A stretch of DNA of 64,000 nt from Torpedo marmorata (Eukaryota): the NCBI GenBank assembly GCA_977017645.1, contig OZ360230.1, positions 65,782,001 through 65,846,000 of the forward strand. Direction: 5' to 3'. Shown here piece by piece: positions 13,276 through 26,255 of the stretch; positions within the stretch are counted from its first letter, which is position 1, and every line of letters begins with the position of its first letter. The position numbers and the translations under genes were made by a program. Below the pieces are notes generated by a model that made no database searches, was not told the origin of the DNA, and worked only from the letters and a program-made list of their open reading frames with translations.

Positions 13276-13453
13276 GTGAAACACGAAAGTCTGTAGACGC
13301 TGTGATTGTAGTTAAAAACACACCAAATGCTGGAGGAACCCAGCTGGTCTTTTTAGCGTCCATAGGAGACTGAAACGTCAGCAATATATCTTTGTCTCCT
13401 ATGGAAGCTGTAAAGACTGGCTGGGTTCCTCCAGCATTTCGGTGTGTTTTTAG
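13276..13453. mobile_element. Small Penelope-derived fold-back, second subfamily
   Basis: AAAAACACACCAAATGCTGGAGGAACCCAGC is inverted against GCTGGGTTCCTCCAGCATTTCGGTGTGTTTTT; TTTTTAGTGGAAGAG repeated at 13261-13275 and 13447-13461. Confidence 0.75.
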
Positions 13454-13879
13454 TGGAAGAGATGACTGGTTTAGGAGGTGGCACCAGAATAGCTGAGGTG
13501 AGTAAATGCAGTGTATTTTGTAGAATGTACATACTGCAACTATAATGCACCGGTGGTTGACGTTTAGAGTGGTTGGGAGTAGAAATTAACGTGAATCAGA
13601 CCAGGAGAGTATTTGGAATAGTCAAATCTGCTGGTGAGCAAAGACATGGCGGTGGGCTTACCAGATGAGTTGAGGTAGGGGTGATGTTAGATGCAGCGGA
13701 AAGGGGAAGAATCGAATGAATGTGTGACCACAAATTCAGCTCTGGGTCAAAGACACCAGATGGGAATTATCTGGATCACCTTCAGCTTCCAGGGAGGGGA
13801 ATGATAAATAGGGTGTCTGGTTTGCTGCAGGGCACAAAGATAAGCTTTGATCTCATCTTGTTTCACTTATTCAATTGTT

Positions 13880-15865
13880 TTTATTTGAGGAGATTGACGA
13901 AGGCAGATTCTTAGATGTTGTCTATTTGGACTTTAGTTAGTCTTTTGGCAAGGTTCTGCACAGTTGGTTGCGCTAGAAGGCTAAAGTGCATAGGATCCAT
14001 GAAGAGCTGGCTAATGGATTCAAAATTGGTTTATTGATGGGTAGTGGTGTCTGATTGCAAGTCTTTGACTCGTGGTGTACTACAGAAATTGGTGCTGAGA
14101 CGTTTGCCATTTGCAACTTTATAAAACACTGAGAGGCTGCACTACAAACAACATGTGCAGTTCTGGTTGCCATACTGCGTGGCTGCACTAGACAGAATTC
14201 AGAGGAGATTCAGCAGCAGGTTTTCTGGACTGGAGGACTTTAGTGATGGGGAGAGATTGCACAGTCTGGGCTTGTTTTCCCTGGAGGGAAAAGATGAGGG
14301 ATGACCTGATAGGAGTACAAGATTCTTACATCAGTGGTGGGCAAATTATTGCGGACAGGATTTACGAGCATTTAGAGAAGTATAGTCAGCATGGCTTTGT
14401 GAGGGGAAGGTCCCCCATGAGAAACCCATTCAGAACATTATGGGATCCATGGAACCTTGGCTGTGTGGATTCAGAATTGGCTTGCCTGCAGAAAGCTGAT
14501 GGTAGTAGTAAATGGAACATATTCTGCCTGGAGGTCAGTGCCGAGTGGAGTTCTGTAAGGATCTGTTCTGGGACCCCTGCTCTTTGTGATTTTTATAAAT
14601 GACCTGGAAAAAGCGTAAAGGATGGGTCAGTAAGTTTGCAGATGGCACGAAGGTTGGAGGAGTTGTGGATAGTGTAGAATGTTGTTGTAGGTTACAACAG
14701 GATGTAGACAGAGAGTTGGGCAGAAAAGTGGCAGATGGAATTCAATCTGTATAAATCTGGTGATGCATTTGAAAGGTCAAACTTGAAGGCAGAGTACATG
14801 GTTAATGGCAGACTTCTTAACAGTGTGGAAGAACATAGGGACCTTGGGGTCTAAATTCATAGCTCAATGTTGCTGTGCAGGCTGATAGGGTAGTTAAGAA
14901 GGTTTACAGTATCCTGGCCTTCATTAATCAGGGGATTGAGTTTAAGAGCCATGAGGTAATGTTGCAGCTCTAAAAAAACTCTGGTTAGATCACACTTGGA
15001 ATATTGTGTTCCGTTCTCATCTTCTCCTTACAGGAAGGATGTGGAAGCTATGGAGAGGGTGCAGAGGAGATTTACCAGGATGTTACCTGGATTGGAGAAT
15101 GTGCCTTATGACACAAAGTTAGCAGAGCTGGGACTTTTCTCTTTGGAGCGAAGAAGGATGAGAGGTAACTTAATAGAGACATCTACAAGATTATGAGAGG
15201 CATAGATTGGGTGGATAGCCAACACCTTTTTCCCAGGGCAAGAGCACAGAGGACATCTGTACAAAGTGAGGAGAGGAGAGTTTAGGGGAGACATCAGGGG
15301 TACGATTTTTGTTATAAACACAGAATGGTGGGTGCCTGGAATGCATTGCCAGGGTGGCGATGGAGGCTGGTACAATAGGGACATGTGAAAGACTCTTAGA
15401 CAGGCACATGGATGTAAGAAAAATAGGTTATGGGTGTGAGGTTTAGATAGTGGAGTAGGTTCATATAGGTCAGCACAACATCGTGGGCCAAAGGGCCTGT
15501 ACTGTGCTGTAATGTTCTAAAAATATGTAATGAAAGGCATAGAAGGCTGGATAGTCAAATTCTTTTTTTTTTAAACCATGACAGGAATATCAAAGACCAA
15601 AGGACACAAGGTGAAAGTAATGAACTTTAAAGGGATCCAAGAGGCAATTTAAAAAAAAACACACACAGAAAGTGGTTGATATCTAGAATCTGCTGCCAGA
15701 GATGGTGGTGGATTAGATATAATTGCTATGTTTAAGACACATTTTAACTGACACAAATATGCAAGGCACAGAATGATATGGCAAACAGGATTTCTGCAGA
15801 TGGCAAAAAGGTCAGCATGGATGTGTTGGACCAAAGGACCTTTTCTATGTTGTGCAATTCTACAA
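13880..15865 (+). mobile_element. Mosaic of decayed CR1 RT/3' fragments
   Basis: SQHGFVRGRS, FAD, MERVQRRFTRMLPGL; CR1 3' tails at ~15520 and ~15860. Confidence 0.85.
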
Positions 15866-16929
15866 TACCATTAACAAAGAATGATCTCATTCATCTCTAA
15901 AGCAGGGACGTGCAATAACTGTAGACTGCAAGGTAGAGTTTGCAATCCCAAAGTGATTGCTGTTTCCTGCTTTGGAAGTGAATGAAATCACTGAGTTGCT
16001 GAACAAATACTCCCAACACCACAGACTCTGTAGATTCTAATCAGGTTTAGGTAAACAAGATATTTTGCAATCATTAAAATAAATTGTGGGCACTTGCTGT
16101 GTGCAGGTTGGTCACTGCAATACCTATATTAAATAGTGATTATATCTGAAAACACTGAGATAAGTTTTAGATCGAAATCAGCCTGCAGTTTTGCAGATGA
16201 ATTTCAGTTTAATCATGTGTAAAGTGGTAACTTGCAGCCACCAGAACATGATCTTGAAATCAATTTGTTTATTATAAAAGGTTGATTCACTTTTTGTTGA
16301 AGGACAAGATCATTGTCTGCATAGATTTTCTTTATCATGGGGGGGTGGGGTGGGGGCAGCATGGAGTGGAGAGCAGGTGAAGGAGACGGCCACTCAGTTA
16401 TGAAGGATCAGCATTTGGGGCCCTTTCCAACACACCACAAGCAGCACTGGAAGAGGGAAATGAGAGGATGTGTCTACAAGGACAGAGAGTCACTGAGAAA
16501 CTGGTCTCCAAAAAGACAGCAAAGCTTTGTGCAAAAACATTCACACAAAAAAAGTGTATGCAATTCAATGTACAAAGCTCACTGTCCTTCAAGAGTACTT
16601 ATTAGTTCTCTTGGATACATTGAGACACAATACAAATGCAAGTATCTTCATTCATTAATCACACTATCAACTTATTTGTTTAGAACTAAATTGATAGCCC
16701 TGATTTACAGAACAATTTTACAGCTGATGCTGTACACCATATTGACACACTACATTTTAATCTGGTGCTTCAAGGTCTTCAATTTTTGACAACTCTGTGG
16801 ATATCATCATTTTAAATTCCAAGCAGCAGTAGTGTAATTTATATTCTGGAAGGAATGAGATACAGTGCCACAGTTATCAGTTATCAGATATCTTCCACAG
16901 TTACTTATTATTCAGGTGTGAGCCGAACT

Positions 16930-17110
16930 GTGTGGAGACAACTGCAACCCAGTCCCCTAGTCTGATGCTCCAGTTCATCACAAAGCAGACGTCAGGCCAG
17001 AGGCAAGCTGCCCTCTTCATACTGGTGTTCAAATCACCCAGGAGGTTTGAGCTGATAGGTAACCGAGTAGATGGGCAAAGGGGGCCTGTCTCACTGCTGT
17101 AAATTGGACA
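16930..17110 (-). mobile_element. Possible RTE-type endonuclease fragment
   Basis: LLGDLNTSMKRAACLWPDV resembles the RTE APE motif LLGDFNARVG..LW. Confidence 0.4.
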
Positions 17111-17451
17111 TTTCCTGCCCATCATATCTCACTCAGTGTGCCTAAGCTGTGACTGCAGATCAGCGTTCAACTCTATTGCTTTTGGGATTACCCATGAATC
17201 CGGACATTCCAAGTCAGAACTTCATGTTGTGCAGTGGAAGTTACCGGTGAATGTTTTCGTTCATGTTAGGCAGCTGTTGCATCACTTCCATGATATTTAC
17301 TCAATCTTTCTCACCACAACAGTGCATCTCACCTCCGATAAACTTCCCGCAGGAGTGGAGCTAATCATCAGAACAAATGAGAAGCTATTTAACCCATGGC
17401 AACAACACTCCAGAACCAAGCTTACCCAATGCTCGGTAAATGGAGATTTCT

Positions 17452-17942
17452 GATTCAGATTTCAGATTTATTGTCAGAGTACACACATGACATCACATAC
17501 AACCCTGAGATTCTTTTTCCTGCGGGCCAGGCAGAATTACCACTTATTGGTAGTGCAAAAAAAACTACACAATGTACACATGTAAACAAATAAAGAAATG
17601 TAAACAAACTGACTGTACAATACAGAAAGGAAAAAAAAAAACAATAAAGTGCAAAACTAAGTCCTTAAATGAGTCCCTGATTGAGTTTGTTGTTGAGGAG
17701 TCTGATGGTGGAGGGATAGCAGCTGTTCCAGAACCTGGTGGTGTGAGTCTTGTGGCACCTATACCTCTTTCCTGATGGCAGCGAGAACAGAGCGTGTGCT
17801 GGGTGGTGTGGATCCTTGATGATTGCTGCTGTTCTCCGATGGCAGTGTTCCCTGTAGATGTTCTCGATGGTGGGGAGGGGTTTGTGCCTGTGATTTCCTG
17901 GGCTGTGTCCACTACCTTTTGCAGGGCTTTACGCTTGGGGGT
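17452..17942 (-). mobile_element. Rex1/Babar 3' fragment
   Basis: RKALQKVVDTAQEITG; TGACAATAAATCTGAAATCTGAATC tail; same family as 36056-36407. Confidence 0.88.
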
Positions 17943-18481
17943 CGACACTTGTGTTTGAGTATGCGTAGAAGCCAAGCTCCAAGCCATTGTCCATGTATTC
18001 ACCAAAGAACCTACCCAGCATTCAACATTTACAAAACAAAGGGCCTCTGCCAATCAGCCCTGGTGCCTGACAGTGCTCATTGACATGCAAAGTTCACCAT
18101 GAGATTGGAAAAACAAGGACCATTTCCCACATCTTAAGAACCACTAACTGGTCACGTCAGACGTCAATGATGAAATTCACCTCTGCGTTCAATGCACCAT
18201 CACAGTCTTTGGCTGCATGCGAAAGGTTTCTGAACATCAAGGCCTCAGACCTGCCCTCCTATGTGCTTCTGAGACCTGGACTACCTACAGCAGGTACCTC
18301 AAGTTACTGGGAAAGTATCCCCAATACCACCTCCACAAAATTATTCACATGGATGGATAACAAACCAATGTCCGTGAGCCATCCCAGATCATCATCTCTG
18401 TCACATTTATTCGGCCACGTTGGAAGGTCATGGCATTCACGTGCCCATCACCCAACTCCTCTAACAGGTATTCTCTTCTGA

Positions 18482-18712
18482 ATGCAGGACACAAAAGTGG
18501 TGGAGAAATTCCACAGGCCATGCAGAATCCATAGAAAGTAAAAGGCAGTTGACATTTGGGCCTGAACCCTTCTCAGGAGTTCTGAAAATCAGGTCAATGG
18601 GGGAGGCAGGGGGGAAGGGGGAGGAACACAGACTAACAGGTAAGAGGTACTAAGTGTATGCAGGTGGTGGATCAGGAAGAAGCTGAGAAGAAATAGAGGG
18701 AGAGGACATTCA
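18482..18712 (-). mobile_element. Old Penelope pLTR fragment
   Basis: Reverse strand CTGAGAAGGGTTCAGGCCCAAATGTCAAC (degenerate hammerhead-like core) next to a pyrimidine-rich tract. Confidence 0.55.
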
Positions 18713-20599
18713 ATTGTTGAAAGAAATTCCCAGCTTGACAGAGGAAACCATTCAAGGGTGTGCTCAAAGCCTCCTTGAAGAAATGCAAAGATCCCACGGA
18801 CTCCTGGTTATCTCTGGCTCATGACCGCTCCATGGAGAAGGAACATTCAGGCAGGCAGTGAGAACGTCAAGGTAACATATCAGGAGCACACAGGGCCCTA
18901 CATGACAGACACAAGGAATGGTTCACCACATAATCAACCCACCTATCCATCTGTCAGCATCACTGGCCTCATCAGCCATCTCATCCACTTTCCTACTAAG
19001 CTTGTGGGAGCTGCTTCCGCTGATGGGTCAGGCCAGTTAGAGCCAACACAAACTGTATATTACAGGGTGAGAGTCATTTTGATATAAAATGGAAACCTTG
19101 AGTTCATTTAGGAATCATTGAAACTGCTATTGGGTGTTGGACATCAAACATTATGTGCAAATATGAGAATTTCACATAAATTTCAGTAAGCAAAAGATTT
19201 CATTGGGAAAAATTGAAGAACTTCAGCATTGCAACTTAAATTCTGGCACATTAAAAAATATTTTTTTAAAAGCTCGTGGGAATTATCTTCAGATCTGAAC
19301 AAGGGGATCAAGCATTTGCTGTAAGTGCATTATTATATTTCTGCTCATTCCTTTTTGTTGCAATTGCCACTGTTTATGCTGAATTCCTTCGTGTTATTTG
19401 CACTTCTCACCCCTACAAACTAGGATATTTAAGAATATCTGACAAATGCCACAGACACAGTTCAGCTCCCAGATAGGCAGGTGTTGTCAGAATTCTGTGC
19501 CTCGAGCTATTAAAAAAGGCATTTCAGATTAAACAAATGCTACAAAAGCAATCACCTCCCACATCACTAAACCCTGCCGATGCAAGCTGTATTCAAATGA
19601 GGAGTCCTGGGCTGGCACACCCACATAGGCAGACTGCGCTGTTCTCTCACACACTGAGATCTTTCAAACTTTATAAAGAACTTAGGTGGTAATTTTGCAA
19701 TTTTATTATCCTGAGCACCTGATGATTACAGAAATTAGACCACATTCTGCTTTTCTGTAAAAAAATTATTCCAAAGGCGAGGAACAAACAATTCACTTCA
19801 CTGGAAGAGAGTAAAAATCCTGTTTGTACTGAGCTACATCTTTTCTTTCTGACAAGAAAATTTTATATTATGCGGAGATCATCAGTTCCATATCATTCTC
19901 AAAAGCTTTTCTAAGTAGATCAGAGCAAATTCAATTTTGGGATTTTGACAAAATTCAGAAGGGCTCACAATTTCCTCAACTTAACTACACCATAAACTCT
20001 GGTTGTTTCTTTTAAAATGAAATAATTATTCTCTCTCAGTACAAATATGGCTTAATTATGCAAAGGTGCTGAGGCAGCTCTAAAGCGCACTTCAGTGTTC
20101 TTTTCTACCTTTGATAAAACTGCGTACAACAGCTTTAAAAAATTCTCCCCTTTTATGTTACATTATTCTGCCTTCATTATGAAATCCCCATTTCTCTGTG
20201 AATCAAAGTTCAGAAACCTAATGCCTGGGGAATGTGAGCCCTGAGGGTAGATTTCCACCTACATATTGCTGCAGACTGCTGACAATGCACATCTCCTTCA
20301 CCCATCCCATTAAGCAATCCATAGCAACACACATTTTTGGATATATATTATGAATTATTGTTCTCAGCAACGAATTGCTGACTTTTCTCAATCCTTCTAC
20401 CCAGAATATACTAATAAGCAGCAGTTAAGCATTGCAATATAAATTGACCATTTTAAGCACAAAGCTATTCTATATTTTTGATAATTGAACATTATAAATA
20501 CAGCTTAACATACTTACTTGTGACATATACAATGTCTAGACTCTGGTAGTGAATAATAGGTTCTCAAACAGACTTTGGTCCCTCAATGGCACATGGATT

Positions 20600-20915
20600 A
20601 ACCAGGGAAGAACTGGGCCATTGATCCAGGGAACTGCAGGCTGGTGAGCTAAACATTAGTGGTGGGGAAGTTACCGCAGGGGATTCTGAGACAGGACCTA
20701 GCTGCATTTGGAAAGGCAAGAACTGATTGGGGATATGCATCATGGCTTTGTGCATATAAAATTGTCTCTCACAAATTTAATAGAATTTTTTTTTTTTTTT
20801 TTTTTTTTTAAAAAAGAGGTGACCGAGAGAATTGAAGAGGGCAAGGCTGCAGACATTTTCTACGTAGACTTTAGCAAGGCCTTTGACAATGTCTCGCATT
20901 ATAGGCTGGTCCAGA
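20600..20915 (+). mobile_element. CR1 RT fragment with expanded T/A run
   Basis: HHGFV...LTNLIEFF...EVT...VDFSKAFD. Confidence 0.8.
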
Positions 20916-20940
20916 CCAAAGAACATAATACAACATGAGA

Positions 20941-23900
20941 ATACGATGCAATCGTGGTTTCTGATCATGCACCTTTAAAGCTTTCTGTTGAAATCTCCAG
21001 TGTCACTTCCGGAGTTCAACAATGGCGGTTCAATTCTACTCTGCTTCAGGGTGAGAAATTTATTAAAGATCAGATTTCTTTCTTTTTTCAGACAAATTCC
21101 TCGGAAGGAATGTCCAATCTAGTAATTTGGGATGCACTTAAAGCATTTTTACGAGGACAAATAATTTCTTATTCTGTTGGACTTAGAAAATGTACCAAAA
21201 GTGAACTGACATTACTTGCTAATAGAATTAAAGAGATTGACAGATTATATTCTATGACACCTAGTATGGACCTTTATAAGAAAAGAGTAGAATTTCAAAC
21301 TCAGAATGACTTATTATTAACTTACCCCATCGAGAATCAACTACTTAAACTTAAATCTCAATTTTATGTTCATGGAGAGAAATCAGGTAAGCTGTTGGCT
21401 GGTCAGCTGAAGGCAGCTGCAGCTAAAAGACAAATTATAAGAAGGATGGAAATTTAACTTTTGATCATGCTGAAATTAATAAAGTGTTTCAGGAATTTTA
21501 TTCAGATCTAAACAAATCTGAATTTCCTGATAATTCTATTTTAATGGATAAATTTTTACAATGGTTGAATACTCCTAAAATATCATCAGAAGATCAAAAC
21601 CTGTTGGAAGCTCCAATTTCAGAGTCGGAAGTTTCCCAAGCTATATCTTCTCTTCAATCTGGCAAGGCCCCAGGTAAAGGAAAAGGTTCCATTATAGTCA
21701 TGTAATGCTACATTTAGAATGTAACGTACATGAAATTACTTAATTTTTGTCTACCGTAAGGGCAGACAGAGGGTCGCTACTTTGTCCAGCGCCCCTCACA
21801 GAAACCTACAGTACCTGGTGTTCCTTGGCGGTCTCCCCTCCAAGTACTGACCAGTCCTGTGCCTGCTTAGCTTCCGAGATCAGACAATCCTAGTCGTATT
21901 CAGGTTATTTCTGGATGGCTTTACGGTGGAATTTTTAATATCATTTACTAACTTACTTACTCCTCAACTATGTAAAGTATTTTAAAATTCAGTTTTCTCT
22001 GGGACCCTACCGGCAACTTTTTATGAAGCATCAATTTCACTGATTCCTAAAAAAGATAAAGATCTGACTGAATGTACTTCCTATAGGCCAATTTCTTTGT
22101 TGAATGTAGATTTTAAGGTTGTTTCTAAGATTCTAGCTGGCAGGTTGGAAAATATTTTTCCTTCTGTTATATCTAAAGATCAGACTGGATTTATTAAAAA
22201 TCGATATTCACATTTCAACATCCGTAGATTAATGAACATTAGTTATTCCCCTTCGGACACAATTCCAGAATGTGTAGTTTCTCTAGATGCAGAAAAGGCT
22301 TTTGACAGAGTGGAGTGTAACTATTTATTTGAAACATTAAGAAGATTTAATTTTGGTATGGGTTTTATATCATGGATTAAATTGATCTATAGTACCCCCT
22401 TAGCTATGGTAGTTACTAATAATAACAAATCCTCCTCATTTAGGTTGTTTAGGGGAACTAGACAGGGATGTCCCTTAGCCCCTTGCTATTTGATCTAGCT
22501 TTAGAACCTCTGGCAATAGCCTTTAGAGACTCTCTTGACGTTCAAGGGATTGTCAGAGACGGAGTAACTCATAAGGTTTCTTTGTATGCAGATGACTTAT
22601 TAGTTTATATTTCAGATCCTGAAAGATCTATCCCAGTTATGTTATCTGTGTTTTCTCAATTCAGCTCTTTCTCTGGATATAAATTAAACCTTCATAAAAG
22701 TGAACTTTTTCCGATTAATATGCAGGTCCCTATCTATACTCAAGTTCCATTTAAGATTGCTAGAGATAATTTCACATACTTGGGGGTTAAAATTACTAAA
22801 AGATTTAAAGATTTATATAAACTCAATTTTTCTCCTCTATTTGAGTATGTGAGATTGTCTTTTTCTAGATGGTCTCCTTTATCGTTATCTTTAATAGGTC
22901 GTATTAATGCAGTTAAAATGATAATATTACCTAAGTTTTTATATTTATTTCAAGCAATTCCAGTTTTCATTCCGAAATCGTTTTTTAATAATATTGACTA
23001 AAAAGTTTCTTCCTTCATTTGGAAGAACAAAAACCCTAGAATTAGTTAATTTCATCTACAAAAATTGAAAAAAGATGGAGGTATGGCCTTACAAAATTTT
23101 AGATTTTATTATTGGGCTGCTAATATTCGCTATCTAACTTTTTGGATTTTTTATTCTGATAAATTGGCAGATTTAGAATTGAAATCTATACAGCAGTATT
23201 CAGTGGCCTCTTTATTAGGTGCCTCTCTTCCATTTAGCTTTTCCAAGGTCAATAGGAATATATCTAATCCAATACTCAAACATACATTATGAATCTGGTT
23301 CCAATTTAGGAAATTTTTTAATTTAAAAAACTGTCTTATCTCGTGCTATCTCTCATAACTATTTTTTTTGACCATCAATAATTGATCAATTTTTCTCTAT
23401 ATGGAAAATCAAAGGTATTGTTTCTTTTGCAAATTTATTTAAGGAAGGTTGTTTAATGTCTTTTGAACAGCTTGCAAGTAAATATGACTTACCAAATACT
23501 CATTTTTTTAGATATTTACAGATTAGAAATTTCTTAAATATCATATTACGGGATTTTCCATTTATATATCCACCAGATTTAGTTGATAATATTTTTCAAT
23601 TGAATCCTTCTCAGAAAGGATTAATTGGAATTATATATGATAGATTATTAAAATTGCATCCAGTACTTCATGATAAGATTAAAAAGGCTTTGGAACTGGA
23701 ACTTGCAAGACCCTTATCTGAGGATCTATGGGACAAGATTTTTAAATTGGTAAATACATCTTCTAAATGTGCCTGACATTCATTAATCCAATTCAAAGTG
23801 GTGCATCGTGTTCACATGTCCAAAGGTAAATTGGCTAGTATTTTTTCTAATATTAACCCTATTTGTGACAGATGCAAATCTGAAATTGCTACATTGACAC

Positions 23901-24593
23901 ATATGTTTTGGTCTTGTTCACTCTTAGAAAACTATTGGAAAGAAATTTTTAATATCTTTTCAACTATACTCCAGGCGGAGCTACGACCCAATCCAATAAC
24001 TGCTCTTTCGGGGTTATTGACCCAGACATAGGGAGTTTTTCTGTACTTGTTCAATGCGTTGTGGCCTAGAAGAGCCATCTTTTTCAAATGGAAAGACTCT
24101 CGACCTCCAACAGTGTTTCAATGGTTTTCTCTTATTATGTCTTGTTTAAGCTTAGAAAAAATTAGATATCATGTATTTGATTCATCGGTGAAATTTGAAG
24201 ATACATGGCGACCTTTTACGTCTTATTTTCATAGGATGTAAGTGTTTCTAATGTGATTAGATGTATTTAATCTTCCTTTGTTTTTTTGATTTACGGCAGG
24301 AACCAAAAATTACAAAATATATATAACCTTCAGGAGAAGCTGCTCAGCTGTGTTTTGTTAGTTTTTTTTTATTAGAGTAGGTTAGGTGGTTTTTTAAAAT
24401 ATATATAATACTTTTGATGGTTTTTTTTTTCATTGTCACCTATTGCAGTGGAGGAGGGATCGAGTTTATACTGTTTGAAGTTTTATTTTAATATATATAT
24501 ACATATGTGATATTGTATTTTCAATTTCGTTCCCTTTTCTTCATTGTATTGTGTTTCTTATAAAAATAAATAAAAAGATTGAAAAAGAAAAGA
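20941..24593 (+). mobile_element. 5'-truncated L1/Tx1-like LINE (end of APE, RT, Cys/His domain, 3' UTR)
   Basis: SDHAPL, WRFNSTLL, WDALKAFLRG, DAEKAFDRVE, GTRQGCPL, LYADD, CDRC..HMFWSC; AATAAA + A-rich tail; 108-bp flanking duplication. Confidence 0.95.
21676..21910 (-). mobile_element. 5S rRNA-derived SINE (SINE3-type), copy 1, inside L1
   Basis: Reverse strand GTCTGATCTCGGAAGCTAAGCAGG...TGGTCAGTACTTGGAGGGGAGACCGCC..GGAACACCAGGTACTGTAGG aligns to vertebrate 5S; splits the L1 KAPG/DGF motif. Confidence 0.92.
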
Positions 24594-24679
24594 TGAAGAG
24601 GGCAAGGCTGCAGACATTTTCTACGTTGACTTTAGCAAGGCCTTTGACAATGGCTCGCATTGTAGGATGGTCCAGAACA

Positions 24680-26110
24680 AAGAACATAATACAACATGAG
24701 ATCAGGCCCTTTGGCCCACATTCTCTGTGCCAAGTATGATGCCTTAATTAAGTCTCTGCTGCATCCACATCACTCTACTCCCTGGATATTGTGTCTATCC
24801 AGAACTCTCTTAAACACTAGTTTTGTATCTGCTACCACCACTACTCCTGGCAGCCCGATCCAGGCATCCATTGTGCAAAAAAAAATCTTGCCCCACACTT
24901 CTTTAAACTCCACTCCAACCCTCCCCCAATTTAACACTGCCTCGAGCACTTCAGATTTTTACCCTGGGAAGAATATTCTGAATTTCTGCTGTTATGGACC
25001 ATGACTGACAATTTGGACTGCGGACGGTCAGCAGGAAGGATGAATGAAGTCTTTTGGAGTACACACTGGGACCTGGTATTGAAAGAGTTAACTTGCCCAG
25101 GACTTCTTGTACTTACCGAGAGAGAGGCACCAGGGGGAGACAAACTGAGAAAAGAGATACTTGGTTGGACTTTTGAAAAAAGGCAGGTGAAGACCTCTGC
25201 AGGAAGGCCTTAAAGTTCAGTCGTGGAAAACTGAATCAGTGGCAGTTTTGGAGTTGCAAAGGTGGGAGAACCCAGCAAAATCCAGGCTTGTGCATCCCAG
25301 AGGAAAATGCTGGAAGAAGAGTACAGAGTCTCATGAATCAGCAAAATCCAGGCTTGTGCATCTCAGGGGAAAAGGTTGGGAGAAAAACAAGGCCTTGGTG
25401 ATTCAGCAAAATCCTGAGTTGAAGGCAACTTTTGTGAAGAACTGGCGTGTGATCAGCGAGACAGGCTGTGAGATCCAAGTACACGCCTCAATCCAAAACG
25501 GATTTGGAGTCGCAATCCTTGTGAAACTACCAGAAGGGAATGTCATCAGAGAAGAAAAGCAAGCCAAGCATTCGTAAGCATAAACAGTCATTGTCTCTCT
25601 CTCCATCGTTCATTAAGAAGTCCTTCTTGCCAGTGCACAGAGCTGAATTTGGACCCTGAACATAGAGAGTGAATTTTTGTGGACTGTATTTTTGGGACTG
25701 ACTTGTTTTTATGACTGACCTGGGGTTTTTGGGGAAGGTTTTCTATTTTTACATGAGGTTGGACACAGACTGTAATGGTCTGGGCTTTACACACACACAC
25801 ACTTTTTAGATAAGAATAGTGTTTATAGACGTTTATAGTGGGGTTCATTGTTGTGAAATTATATGTTTAATTGTCTTTAATAAATATAAATTTCAATTTT
25901 ACCCCTTTTGCATTGCGTCTTCTGTCGTTGCTGGTTTGAATTTGTAACACTGCCCTCTCAGGGCTTCGCATAATTTTATAAGCTTCTCTCAGCTTCCAGA
26001 GAAAACAAGCCAAGTGTGTCCAACCTCCCAACAGCTCCTACCCTCTAATCCAGGCAGCATCCTGGTAATCCTCTTCTGTATCCTTACCAAAGCCTCCACA
26101 ACCTTTCTGT
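24680..26110 (-). mobile_element. Decayed CR1 3' fragment hosting the solo LTR
   Basis: AGAACATA..CAGGCCCTTTGGCCCACA reverse tail; AATCCAGGCAGCATCCTGGTAA. Confidence 0.7.
24990..25949 (+). mobile_element. Solo LTR, Gypsy-like (960 bp)
   Basis: Termini TGTTA...TAACA; perfect 4-bp TSD CTGC (24986-24989 / 25950-25953); AATAAA at ~25879; interrupts a CR1. Confidence 0.85.
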
Positions 26111-26255
26111 GACACACATTACTTCAAAGAATAGGGCAGTGAATGTTTGGGATTCTCAGCATTTGATAGCTTTGGATGCTTAGTCTTTGTGTGATTGAAT
26201 ACATTCCTGAATATTCGGAGAATTGAGGGAAATGGGGAAGATGCAGGAAACTGGT

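Larger units (their letters stand above)
17230..18990 (+). mobile_element. Decayed RTE (BovB-like) LINE, interrupted by Rex1 and Penelope pieces
   Basis: PAGVELIIRTNEKLFN...RTK; EAKLQAIVHVFT; ASETWTTYSR; AHDRS motifs. Confidence 0.75.

Noticed and set aside
21805-21905. Functional 5S rRNA genes
   Set aside because: Diverged or truncated 5' ends, no terminator, common retro-tail, dispersed inside other TEs
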